Shown here piece by piece: positions 24,437-31,574 of a DNA stretch of 32,993 nucleotides. The notes under the pieces are model-generated. The model did not search any database, was not told the origin of the DNA, and worked only from the letters and a program-made list of their open reading frames with translations. Origin of the DNA: Verrucomicrobiota bacterium (GTDB taxonomy: Bacteria > Verrucomicrobiota > Verrucomicrobiia > Limisphaerales > JADLHS01). Where the stretch lies: positions 1 to 32,993 of the forward strand of contig JANNAO010000188.1 of NCBI GenBank assembly GCA_031384405.1. Reading direction: 5' to 3'. Made by a program: the position numbers and the translations under genes. Numbering within the stretch: position 1 is the stretch's first letter; each line of letters starts with the position of its first letter.

Positions 24437-25203
24437 CTGACCTCGAAGAAATCGCCGGGTTCATAGCTGAGGTAAATCCGGACGCAGCCAGGAAAGTTGG
24501 TCGAAACATTTTCAAGAGGGTCACGCTCATATCCCAGTTTCCACGCGCAGGCCGCATCTGCTCTGAGGCTTCACGGGAAGACGTCCGCGAGATTCCTTCA
24601 CCACCCTATCGCATCATCTACCAAGTCTTGGATGACAGTAAGACCATCAGCATCCTCACGGTCTGGCACGGCGCGCAGACAGAACCCCATTTTGATTCCA
24701 GCGAATTGAAAGAGCGCGGCCCGGCGTATGGGATAAAAAAACCTTTCGTCGCCATCGCCGCCATGTCGCTCAATCGCGTCATCGGCAACGGCAATCAAAT
24801 CCCGTGGCATCTGCCGGAGGATTTCAAGTGGTTCAAAGCTGTGACCTCCGGCAACGTCATCGTGATGGGGCGAAAAACGTTCGAGTCCATCGGCAAACCA
24901 TTGCCCAATCGCGAAACCATCGTGCTAAGTCGCTCGGCGTTTTCGTTTCCAGGTGTAACGACGATTCGCAGCCTGGATGAATTGTCGCCACTGGTGGCCG
25001 ACCGTCAGGTCTTCATCTGCGGCGGCGCGCAGATTTATGGGCAGACGTTGCCGCTCTGTTCCGAGTTGTTTCTCACACTGGTGAAACGCGAGGTTTCTGG
25101 CGATGCGCTCTTCCCGAAGTTTGAAGACCAGTTTGAACTCATCGAAGAAATCCGCGACACGCCTGAGTTCAAAATTCTGCGCTACCGGAATCGCGGATTG
25201 TAG
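24400..25203 (+). CDS. folA: single 267-codon ORF: ParE/RelE-family toxin domain (aa 1-~97) continuing in frame into dihydrofolate reductase (aa ~113-267)
   Basis: Toxin part: MDYKIVWTNRSLTDLEEIAGFI...PYRIIYQVLDDSKTISILTVWHGAQ. DHFR part: FVAIAAMSLNRVIGNGNQIPWHLPEDFKWFKAVTSGNVIVMGRKTFESIGKPLPNRETIVLSR...VFICGGAQIY. There is no stop codon between them. The only candidate internal starts are TTG 24706 or the ATG inside IAAMSLN, which would truncate strand A. Confidence 0.8.
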   Translation: MDYKIVWTNRSLTDLEEIAGFIAEVNPDAARKVGRNIFKRVTLISQFPRAGRICSEASREDVREIPSPPYRIIYQVLDDSKTISILTVWHGAQTEPHFDSSELKERGPAYGIKKPFVAIAAMSLNRVIGNGNQIPWHLPEDFKWFKAVTSGNVIVMGRKTFESIGKPLPNRETIVLSRSAFSFPGVTTIRSLDELSPLVADRQVFICGGAQIYGQTLPLCSELFLTLVKREVSGDALFPKFEDQFELIEEIRDTPEFKILRYRNRGL

Positions 25204-25210
25204 TCTCCGA

Positions 25211-25313
25211 AGTGTGCCCATCCCCGGGCACAACAGCGTGGTGGTTTGAGTGACCCCGGAAAACGGTGATCGTTGGGTTGGCGAGTGTTGCTGCGCCCGA
25301 GGACGGGCACATT
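25211..25313. repeat. inverted pair of REP-like palindromic units between convergent genes
   Basis: Unit 1 (25211-25238) AGTGTGCCCATCCCCGGGCACAACAGCG matches the reverse complement of unit 2 (25286-25313) at 21 of 28 positions by hand alignment. Each unit has its own short stem (GTGCCC/GGGCAC; GCCCG/CGGGC). It lies between the folA stop (25203) and the stop of the minus-strand gene (25339). Confidence 0.6.
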
Positions 25314-25338
25314 CCGACTGCATCGTCCGCTAGCGATC

Positions 25339-26142
25339 TTACTTCTTCTTGGTTGTCGCCGCAGACTTGGGCGATGGGCTTTTTGATTTCGTTACCGCCT
25401 TCAACGCCGTGCCGTTCTGCTTCATATATTTCCCACCCTGCTCCACCGCGAGCACCTGCATGTCCGCGCACTCGATATAACCTACAGGCGGCTCGAACTT
25501 ATTCGTCTCAGCGCGCGTGAATTGAATCTGCCGGAAACGCATCACCACCGTGCCCTCGCTTTCCTTGGTGGCGACGCACACCGGAAAATTGCGCAGGCTC
25601 GTCGCCGTCCAAACCGTGGCTTCGGACTTGTGACCCGCATCATCCGTGATGACGACCTGTTGCTTCACGCACGACTGACCCTCCATCTTTTCTTTGCCAA
25701 GGGTTTTCCGTTCGATTTTGGCGCGGGTCAAGAACGCCTCTGCCTCGCTGGCTGGCATCTCAAGTTTCACGAACGCGCGCAGTTTTGGAAACGCGATCAA
25801 CGTCGTGCGTTTTTCTGGACGGATGATGCTGACCACGCTGTCCAAGCCGAGCGGTTTCATTCTGGCCAGAGCATCGGGCTGCAACTTGTTTCGCATCCGC
25901 GCCATGTCCAGTTCCACGCGGATTTTGTTTTCGAGCAACGTGAACGTCATTGGCGTGCTGATGATCTCCTTGTTGTCTTTGCCAAGGAGTTGCACTTCAG
26001 CCTGAGCGGTGAAGGCGTTGTTCGTGCCGAACAAACGGATGAGTGACGCGCTGACACCGGTGGAGCTTGGCCCATCGAGTTGGGCGAACACGGGAACAAC
26101 GCTTGCCGCCAGCATTGCGATGAACAGCCGCAGGCGCGTCAT
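25339..26142 (-). CDS. secreted hypothetical protein with Lys-rich C-terminus
   Basis: Start set to the ATG at 26142, which overlaps the yebC stop as ATGA. Signal peptide MTRLRLFIAMLAASVVPVFAQ. No named motif. The C-terminus is KSKSPSPKSAATTKKK. Confidence 0.75.
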   Translation of the reverse strand: MTRLRLFIAMLAASVVPVFAQLDGPSSTGVSASLIRLFGTNNAFTAQAEVQLLGKDNKEIISTPMTFTLLENKIRVELDMARMRNKLQPDALARMKPLGLDSVVSIIRPEKRTTLIAFPKLRAFVKLEMPASEAEAFLTRAKIERKTLGKEKMEGQSCVKQQVVITDDAGHKSEATVWTATSLRNFPVCVATKESEGTVVMRFRQIQFTRAETNKFEPPVGYIECADMQVLAVEQGGKYMKQNGTALKAVTKSKSPSPKSAATTKKK

Positions 26143-26870
26143 TTCATCGCGGCCCACACGCGGTGGACATCGTCATGTTCGTCGAGCGTGTGGAGGAATT
26201 CGCCCGCCTCGGCTTTTTGCGCGTCGGTGAGTTCAGGAATTTGCTTGGGCACGTAACCAAGTTCGCTCGTCACCACTGTCCAACCATTGCTCTTGAGCCA
26301 GGTCGCGATGGTGTGAACCGCAGTCCGCTCGCAAACAAATCGCGCGCCCGCAGTTTCCGCTGGGATGTCGTCGTTCTGTTCGTGGGTGAGGACTTCAAAA
26401 TCATTCGCGCCCGCTTCGATGGCGGCAGCTTCACGATCAATCGCCGCGTCGGGATGATGCGCTTCGACAAGGCCAACATGATCGAAGAGGAACTTGTTAC
26501 TGCCCGCGGTGCCGAGCACGCCTTTTTTGAACAACACGCGGATCTCCGGCGCGGTGCGGTTCACGTTGTCGGTATAAACTTCGACGATGAGGGCGACTTT
26601 ATTCGGCGCGTAACCCTCGAACACGACTTGTTCCATGACGAGTTTTTCGTCACCGATGCCTGCGCCTTTGTTGATGGCGCGCTGGATCGCATCCTTCGTC
26701 ACGCTGTCCTTCTTCGCCTTTTCAACAGCGGTGAAGAGTCGCGCGTTCGAGCCAATGTCAGCACCGCCCATTTTGGCAGCGACAGAGATTTCGCGGACAA
26801 GTTTCCCGGTCGAGCGGCCTTTTTTCAGCCCGGCGACCAGACGTTTTGCATGTAACCATTGACGTCCCAT
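26139..26870 (-). CDS. yebC: YebC/PmpR-family DNA-binding transcriptional regulator
   Basis: MGRQWLHAKRLVAGLKKGRSTGKLVREISVAAKMGGADIGSNARLFTAVEKAKKDSVTKDAIQRAINKGAG is the characteristic YebC/TACO1 N-terminus. 243 aa. Confidence 0.9.
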   Translation of the reverse strand: MGRQWLHAKRLVAGLKKGRSTGKLVREISVAAKMGGADIGSNARLFTAVEKAKKDSVTKDAIQRAINKGAGIGDEKLVMEQVVFEGYAPNKVALIVEVYTDNVNRTAPEIRVLFKKGVLGTAGSNKFLFDHVGLVEAHHPDAAIDREAAAIEAGANDFEVLTHEQNDDIPAETAGARFVCERTAVHTIATWLKSNGWTVVTSELGYVPKQIPELTDAQKAEAGEFLHTLDEHDDVHRVWAAMK

Positions 26871-26957
26871 GCCGGAAGACTAGCGAGAAGCCCCCGCGCC
26901 GACAAGTGGGAGTAGTGGTAGGCACGGGGCTGACGCATACGGGTGTCGAGAAGCGGT

Positions 26958-26988
26958 TTCCCTCTCCCCGTCGGACGGGGAGAGGGAA
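26958..26988. repeat. perfect 13-bp GC-rich hairpin (REP-like unit)
   Basis: TTCCCTCTCCCCG (26958-26970), loop TCGGA, then CGGGGAGAGGGAA (26976-26988). It lies in the 202-nt spacer between the ATP-grasp stop (27073) and the yebC start (26870). No U-tract follows it on the minus strand. Confidence 0.7.
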
Positions 26989-27072
26989 TACAGCGTTGCC
27001 GCGTCCATCCAATCTGTGGCTATACCGATAACAGCGAAGAACCAAACAGCACAATTCGGCATCACTTCAAAT

Positions 27073-28092
27073 TCACTCCCGCACCGTCTTCAACCCCGTG
27101 CGGATGATGCGTTCGATGAGTTGCGGATACGTCAGTCCCGCTTTGAGCGCGGATTGCGCGAAGTCTTCATCCGCAGCGAGAATCGGATTCGGATTAGCTT
27201 CGATGAAATAAATCTCGTTGGCCGCCGTGACGCGCAAGTCCACGCGCGCGTAACCGTCAATCGTCAGCAGGCGGTAGATGCGTTTGCAGGTTTGCACGAT
27301 GTCTTTGGCGAGCGCGGGATCGAGTGCCTCGGCGAACTGGTTTTGCAGCCCCCATTTCTTGCGATATTCCTCGTCCCACTTGGCGCGATACGTCGCGATC
27401 TTCGGTTCGTCCGGCGGCACTTCTTTGAACACGAGTTCGCGGATCGGATAAACATCGAGCTTATGATTGCCGAGCACGCTGACGTAAAGTTCGCGCCCGG
27501 AAATGTATTCCTCCGCGATCACATCGCAGTCGTGCGACGTGTGAATGAACAACACGCGCTCCTTGAATTGCTCATCCGTCTCGACGAACGACGCCTGTGA
27601 AATGCCGTAGCTCGCTTCTTCCTTCAGCGGCTTCACGAGAATGGGGAACTTGAGTCGCGCCGGGCGGACGGGGCGTTTGCCGCGTGCGATGACCGCGAAC
27701 TCCGGCACACGGATGCGATGGTAGCCGAGAATCTTCTTCGAGATGGCCTTGTGTTTGCAGAGCGTGAGGCCGGTCGAGCCGCAGCCGGTGAACGTGACGC
27801 CGTGCATTTCGAGGAACGAAACGATGTTCTGATCGAACGCACGATTGTTTTTGAATTGATCGGCGAGGTTGAACAGAACGTCCGGCTGAAAGCTGTCGAG
27901 CTTTTGGCGCAGCAAATTCAGGTCGTCGAAGATGGCAAGATGCTCAACGGTGTGGCCGAGTTCGGCGAGCGCGGCGAGGACGTTAGCTTCGGTCTTCCAA
28001 TCGTCCGTCTTCAATTCGGCGCTGAGGTCTTGATCAATCGTCGTCGGCGCGATGGCGTCGAACAGGGCGAGGATTTTGAGTTTTTTCTTCAC
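27073..28092 (-). CDS. ATP-grasp ligase, D-Ala-D-Ala-ligase-like family, substrate unknown
   Basis: Start placed at GTG 28092 (V/MKKKLKILALFD...); the track ATG is at 28140. Central and C-terminal ATP-grasp motifs FPILVKPLKEEASYGIS, AEEYISGRELYVSVLG and ARVDLRVTAANEIYFIEANPNP. Confidence 0.85.
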   Translation of the reverse strand: MKKKLKILALFDAIAPTTIDQDLSAELKTDDWKTEANVLAALAELGHTVEHLAIFDDLNLLRQKLDSFQPDVLFNLADQFKNNRAFDQNIVSFLEMHGVTFTGCGSTGLTLCKHKAISKKILGYHRIRVPEFAVIARGKRPVRPARLKFPILVKPLKEEASYGISQASFVETDEQFKERVLFIHTSHDCDVIAEEYISGRELYVSVLGNHKLDVYPIRELVFKEVPPDEPKIATYRAKWDEEYRKKWGLQNQFAEALDPALAKDIVQTCKRIYRLLTIDGYARVDLRVTAANEIYFIEANPNPILAADEDFAQSALKAGLTYPQLIERIIRTGLKTVRE

Positions 28093-28160
28093 AAGTAGTA
28101 TTGGTGAACGACGGTGCAACGCGCCACAGGCCGGATCCATGCAGACGAATGGAGACGGAA

Positions 28161-28290
28161 CAAACGCAAAGACGCTGAGAACGCAGAGAGGCGCAGAGAA
28201 TTCTTTTTTAGGACTCCATCACCGTACCGTGTGTTGTCATCTGCCGGTTCTGCTCTGCGTTTCTCTGCGGCCTTTGCGCCTCTGCGTTTC
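28161..28290. repeat. long imperfect palindrome built from CGCAGAG / CTCTGCG motifs (REP- or MITE-like)
   Basis: The left arm (28161-28200) contains ACGCAGAGAGGCGCAGAGAA. The right arm (28248-28290) contains CTCTGCG three times. The arms are complementary at about 29 of 38 positions by hand alignment, with a ~47-nt spacer. It lies in the 205-nt gap between two co-directional genes. Confidence 0.6.
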
Positions 28291-28345
28291 TCCCCCGGGC
28301 TTTCAATCGCATTCGTTCGGTTAAGAAAATATTTGAATCGGTTCT

Positions 28346-29389
28346 TCATTTCTTCCGTTTGAATTTTCCGGTGAACAGATGGTTCGTCACCAGCGTGGTG
28401 ATGTAGGCGGACACCTGGATGTTTTGTTTCGGATCGTACGCCTTGATGTGCAGGTTCAGTTTGTCGCAGCGATCAATCAGCCGCGCCAGCAGTTTGTTGA
28501 CGCGATACTTGTTCTCATTCGTCCACTGGCAAACCGCGCTTTCCAATTCACGCCGATGCCGGCGCAGATACACGGAAGCTTTGACGCGACCTTCCTCGCT
28601 CTCGCCCGCATCGAAGAGTTGCCGCAGATCGTTGTCGTAAAAGTCCGGGAACGAATCCTCATACTCTTTCCGCTTCTTCGCGTAGTAGGTCTTGAGTTTG
28701 ACGTTGAGACAGTCGTAGTCGGCCACCTGATATTCCGGCATGGGCAACGGCGGTTTGCCTGCGAGAGATTTCATCAACTCATCCACGTACTCGAGTTTGT
28801 GCAACGCGTTCCAGCCTTTGTAACGCGCACGCCAATCCACTTCCGGCGTGAGCCACACGGCGAACGTCTCCGCGAAATCCTCGTCGGGATGCGACTGCGC
28901 GTACCAGTCATCGAGATGCACGACGAAGCTGCGGCTGTAAGGACGCGGGCGATAGAACGAAGGCGTCTCTTCGTTGGAAGATTTGCCGAAGGTCTGCTGC
29001 CATTTGCGTTTGCGGACGAACGGAAACGCGTAGGCATAGGCGTGCGCGGCTTCGTGGCGGATGAGTTTCATGAACCATTCATCCGACTCGCCTTCGACAT
29101 CGAGAATGATTTTCTTCTCCAACTGTCGCAGCCGGTCGTGCGTGAGAAAGAACGGGACGAAGATGGACGGGATGCCCACAGGCACGAACCATTCGTCGCC
29201 GATGTGACAAGGTGGATGGAAGGTCAGGCCCTTCGCTGAAAGTTCGTCGTAAAGTTTTTGGATCAGTGCTTGGAGTTTCGTGCCGTCGAGCTTGAGGCCG
29301 AGTTGGGAGATTTTTTTCTCCAGCAACTCGTCATCGCTCAGGCTGCTCCAATCCGGGGAATCCATGCGCGGAGAGTAATGACTAAACAA
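28346..29389 (-). CDS. putative zinc metallopeptidase (HExxH)
   Basis: HEAAHAYAY (HExxH) with downstream HPDEDFAETFAVW. From memory the overall layout resembles the 'putative zinc-binding metallopeptidase' (Peptidase_Mx-type) family; this is not verified. No signal peptide, so it is probably cytoplasmic. Confidence 0.75.
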   Translation of the reverse strand: MFSHYSPRMDSPDWSSLSDDELLEKKISQLGLKLDGTKLQALIQKLYDELSAKGLTFHPPCHIGDEWFVPVGIPSIFVPFFLTHDRLRQLEKKIILDVEGESDEWFMKLIRHEAAHAYAYAFPFVRKRKWQQTFGKSSNEETPSFYRPRPYSRSFVVHLDDWYAQSHPDEDFAETFAVWLTPEVDWRARYKGWNALHKLEYVDELMKSLAGKPPLPMPEYQVADYDCLNVKLKTYYAKKRKEYEDSFPDFYDNDLRQLFDAGESEEGRVKASVYLRRHRRELESAVCQWTNENKYRVNKLLARLIDRCDKLNLHIKAYDPKQNIQVSAYITTLVTNHLFTGKFKRKK

Positions 29390-29396
29390 GACGACG

Positions 29397-30458
29397 TCAC
29401 TTAGTCTTCTGCTGTGCCGCGCCGCGCAAGTCGGCGAGAAACCTATCCACGTCGTTTTCCGTCGTGTCCCAACTGCACATCAGCCGCGCTTCCTGCCAAC
29501 CACCGACGTGCGTGTAAAACTTCCAACCGCGCGCGCGCATGGCCTTGACCAACGGCTCAGGAATCTTGGCAAACACAGAGTTGGAATCTACTGCGTAGGC
29601 TGCTTTGATTTCGGAAAATAAACGTAATCCAGTTTCGAGTCGCTGGGCCATCGCGTTGGCATGGCGCGCGTGTTTCAGCCACGCACCGTCCTTCAACATT
29701 CCCGTCCAAGGCGCGGAGAGGAAACGCATCTTGGACGCCAGTTGACCACCTTGCTTGCAACGGTAATCAAACTCCTTCGCCAGTTCGCGATCAAAAAACA
29801 CCACGGCTTCACCGATGGCGATGCCGTTCTTCGTTCCGCCGAAGCACAGAACATCTACGCCAGATTTCCAAGTCGCCTCCGCAGGCGAGACGTTGAGTGA
29901 GGCAACTGCATTGGCGAACCGCGCGCCGTCCATGTGAACGCGCAGGCCGCATCGCCGCGCTTCTTCAGTCAGCGTACGCAGCTCCGCTACCGAATACACC
30001 GTGCCCACTTCCGTCGCCTGTGTGATGCTCAACGCCCGTGGCTTGGGATAGTGGATGTCCTTCCGCTTGTTGACCGCGCGGTCAATGTCCTTGGGATCAA
30101 TCTTCCCGTTCGCACCGCGCAATAAAAGAATCTTGCTGCCGTTGGCGAAAAATTCCGGCGCACCGCACTCGGAGGTTTCAATGTGCGCGATCTCGTGGCA
30201 AAGAAAACTGTGATACGACTGGCAAAGCGACGCTAGCGCGAGCGAGTTTGCCGCCGTGCCATTGAAGACGAAGAAGACCTCGCAATCCTTCTCGAAGATG
30301 TCGCGGATCAGATCGGAAGCGCGCTGCGTCCAAGTGTCATTGCCGTAACTGACTTCGTGATCGGCGTTGGCTTCCAACATCGCCGCCCACGCTTCAGGGC
30401 AGATGCCGGAATAATTGTCGCTGGCGAAATGGCGGCGGATGGATGGCGCGTCGGTCAT
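29397..30458 (-). CDS. threonine aldolase / beta-eliminating-lyase family PLP enzyme
   Basis: N-terminal RRHFASDNYSGICPE, FNGTAANSLALA and FGGTKNG (candidate PLP lysine). 353 aa. The stop lies 7 nt before the start of the HExxH peptidase gene. Confidence 0.8.
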   Translation of the reverse strand: MTDAPSIRRHFASDNYSGICPEAWAAMLEANADHEVSYGNDTWTQRASDLIRDIFEKDCEVFFVFNGTAANSLALASLCQSYHSFLCHEIAHIETSECGAPEFFANGSKILLLRGANGKIDPKDIDRAVNKRKDIHYPKPRALSITQATEVGTVYSVAELRTLTEEARRCGLRVHMDGARFANAVASLNVSPAEATWKSGVDVLCFGGTKNGIAIGEAVVFFDRELAKEFDYRCKQGGQLASKMRFLSAPWTGMLKDGAWLKHARHANAMAQRLETGLRLFSEIKAAYAVDSNSVFAKIPEPLVKAMRARGWKFYTHVGGWQEARLMCSWDTTENDVDRFLADLRGAAQQKTK

Positions 30459-30546
30459 GGCGGAAAGCTACCGAAACGCGCCAAGAGCGAAAGCCCGAAG
30501 CGGAACGCCGCGTTCACACGGCAGCACGGGAGAAACACGAGCCGCT

Positions 30547-30562
30547 GCCGGATGAATCCGGC
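30547..30562 (-). terminator. possible weak terminator hairpin after livF
   Basis: On the minus strand, 7 nt after the livF stop: GCCGGA-TTCA-TCCGGC. Only a weak and distant T-rich stretch (GTGTTTCT) follows. Confidence 0.3.
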
Positions 30563-30569
30563 GTTCCTC

Positions 30570-31277
30570 CTATCCTCCCAAATACGCGCTACGGACTTTG
30601 GGGTCTTGGCGCAGTGCGGCTGATTCGTTCTGCAAAATGATCTTCCCCGTCTCCAGCACGTAGCCGTAGTGGGAAATCTCCAGCGCGAGGTTGGCGTTCT
30701 GTTCGACTAGCAGGATCGTAATGCCGTGGGTGCGGTTGATCTCCACGATCTTCTCGAAGATGGTTTTCACCAGCAACGGCGCGATGCCGAGCGACGGTTC
30801 GTCCATCATCAGAAACTTCGGCTTGCTCATCAGCGCGCGGCCGATGGCGAGCATCTGCTGCTCCCCGCCGCTCAAAGTGCCAGCAACTTGCTTCTCGCGT
30901 TCCTGCAAACGCGGGAAGGTTTTGAAGACCAGTTCCAGTTCGGCGGCGATGACGGCTTTGTCGTGCTGGAGATACGCGCCCATCATCAGGTTCTCGTGGA
31001 CGGTCAGGTTGGCGAATACCATCCGGCCTTCCGGCACATGCGAGAGTCCGCGCGCGACAATCTGGTGCGCGGGAAGTCCGGCGATGTTTTTACCGTCGTA
31101 AAAAATTTCACCGGAGTGCGGCTTCACCAAACCAGAGATTGCTCGCAGCGTGGTGCTTTTACCCGCGCCGTTTGAGCCGATCAGCGTGACAATGTCACCT
31201 TGTTTCACGGACAATGAAACACCGTGCAGCGCTTTGATCGCGCCGTAACCAACGTGAAGATTTTTTACTTCAAGCAT
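30570..31277 (-). CDS. livF: branched-chain amino acid ABC transporter, ATP-binding protein LivF
   Basis: MLEVKNLHVGYGAIKALHGVSLSVKQGDIVTLIGSNGAGKSTTL (Walker A), LSGGEQQMLAIGRAL (signature) and FLMMDEPSLGLAP-type Walker B. 235 aa. Confidence 0.9.
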   Translation of the reverse strand: MLEVKNLHVGYGAIKALHGVSLSVKQGDIVTLIGSNGAGKSTTLRAISGLVKPHSGEIFYDGKNIAGLPAHQIVARGLSHVPEGRMVFANLTVHENLMMGAYLQHDKAVIAAELELVFKTFPRLQEREKQVAGTLSGGEQQMLAIGRALMSKPKFLMMDEPSLGIAPLLVKTIFEKIVEINRTHGITILLVEQNANLALEISHYGYVLETGKIILQNESAALRQDPKVRSAYLGG

Positions 31278-31283
31278 GGGTCG

Positions 31284-31574
31284 CTATTTCCTCCAATTCC
31301 AAGGCAGCCATCTGCGCCATGAGTTTCTGATGAAATAATCTTTTGCAAATCTGCAGACCACCGCATCAATCTCTGGATGCCGGGAAATCAGATAGTTCAC
31401 TTCAGATCTGATCCACGGCTGCGCTAAATCACGAAGATGTTCAGTTTCATCGAACAAGGTCGCCTTCAGGGACTCCTTAGCCTCTCCATCAGCAAGTTCA
31501 ACCCAAATGCACGCCCAAATTGAGGGAGGGATGTGTTGGATATACATATCAAGCTGAGATTCCGTGAGTTTCAT
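31284..31574 (-). CDS. hypothetical 96-aa protein inserted between livG and livF
   Basis: The ATG overlaps the livG stop (ATGA at 31571-31574), and the stop lies 6 nt before the livF ATG. No signal peptide or TM helix. Trp/Arg-rich C-terminus SWRRWLPWNWRK. GC is 135/291 = 46% by hand count. Confidence 0.65.
   Translation of the reverse strand: MKLTESQLDMYIQHIPPSIWACIWVELADGEAKESLKATLFDETEHLRDLAQPWIRSEVNYLISRHPEIDAVVCRFAKDYFIRNSWRRWLPWNWRK

Noticed and set aside
26880-27065. Small ORFs spanning the REP-like elements (26880..27065, 26758..27054, 28089..28349, 28114..28362, 25169..25471, 25266..25520)
   Set aside because: Their 'proteins' are translations of palindromic repeat arms (for example SPSDGERE or LRLCVS), overlap one another on both strands and lie in intergenic gaps. 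They are artefacts of the repeats.
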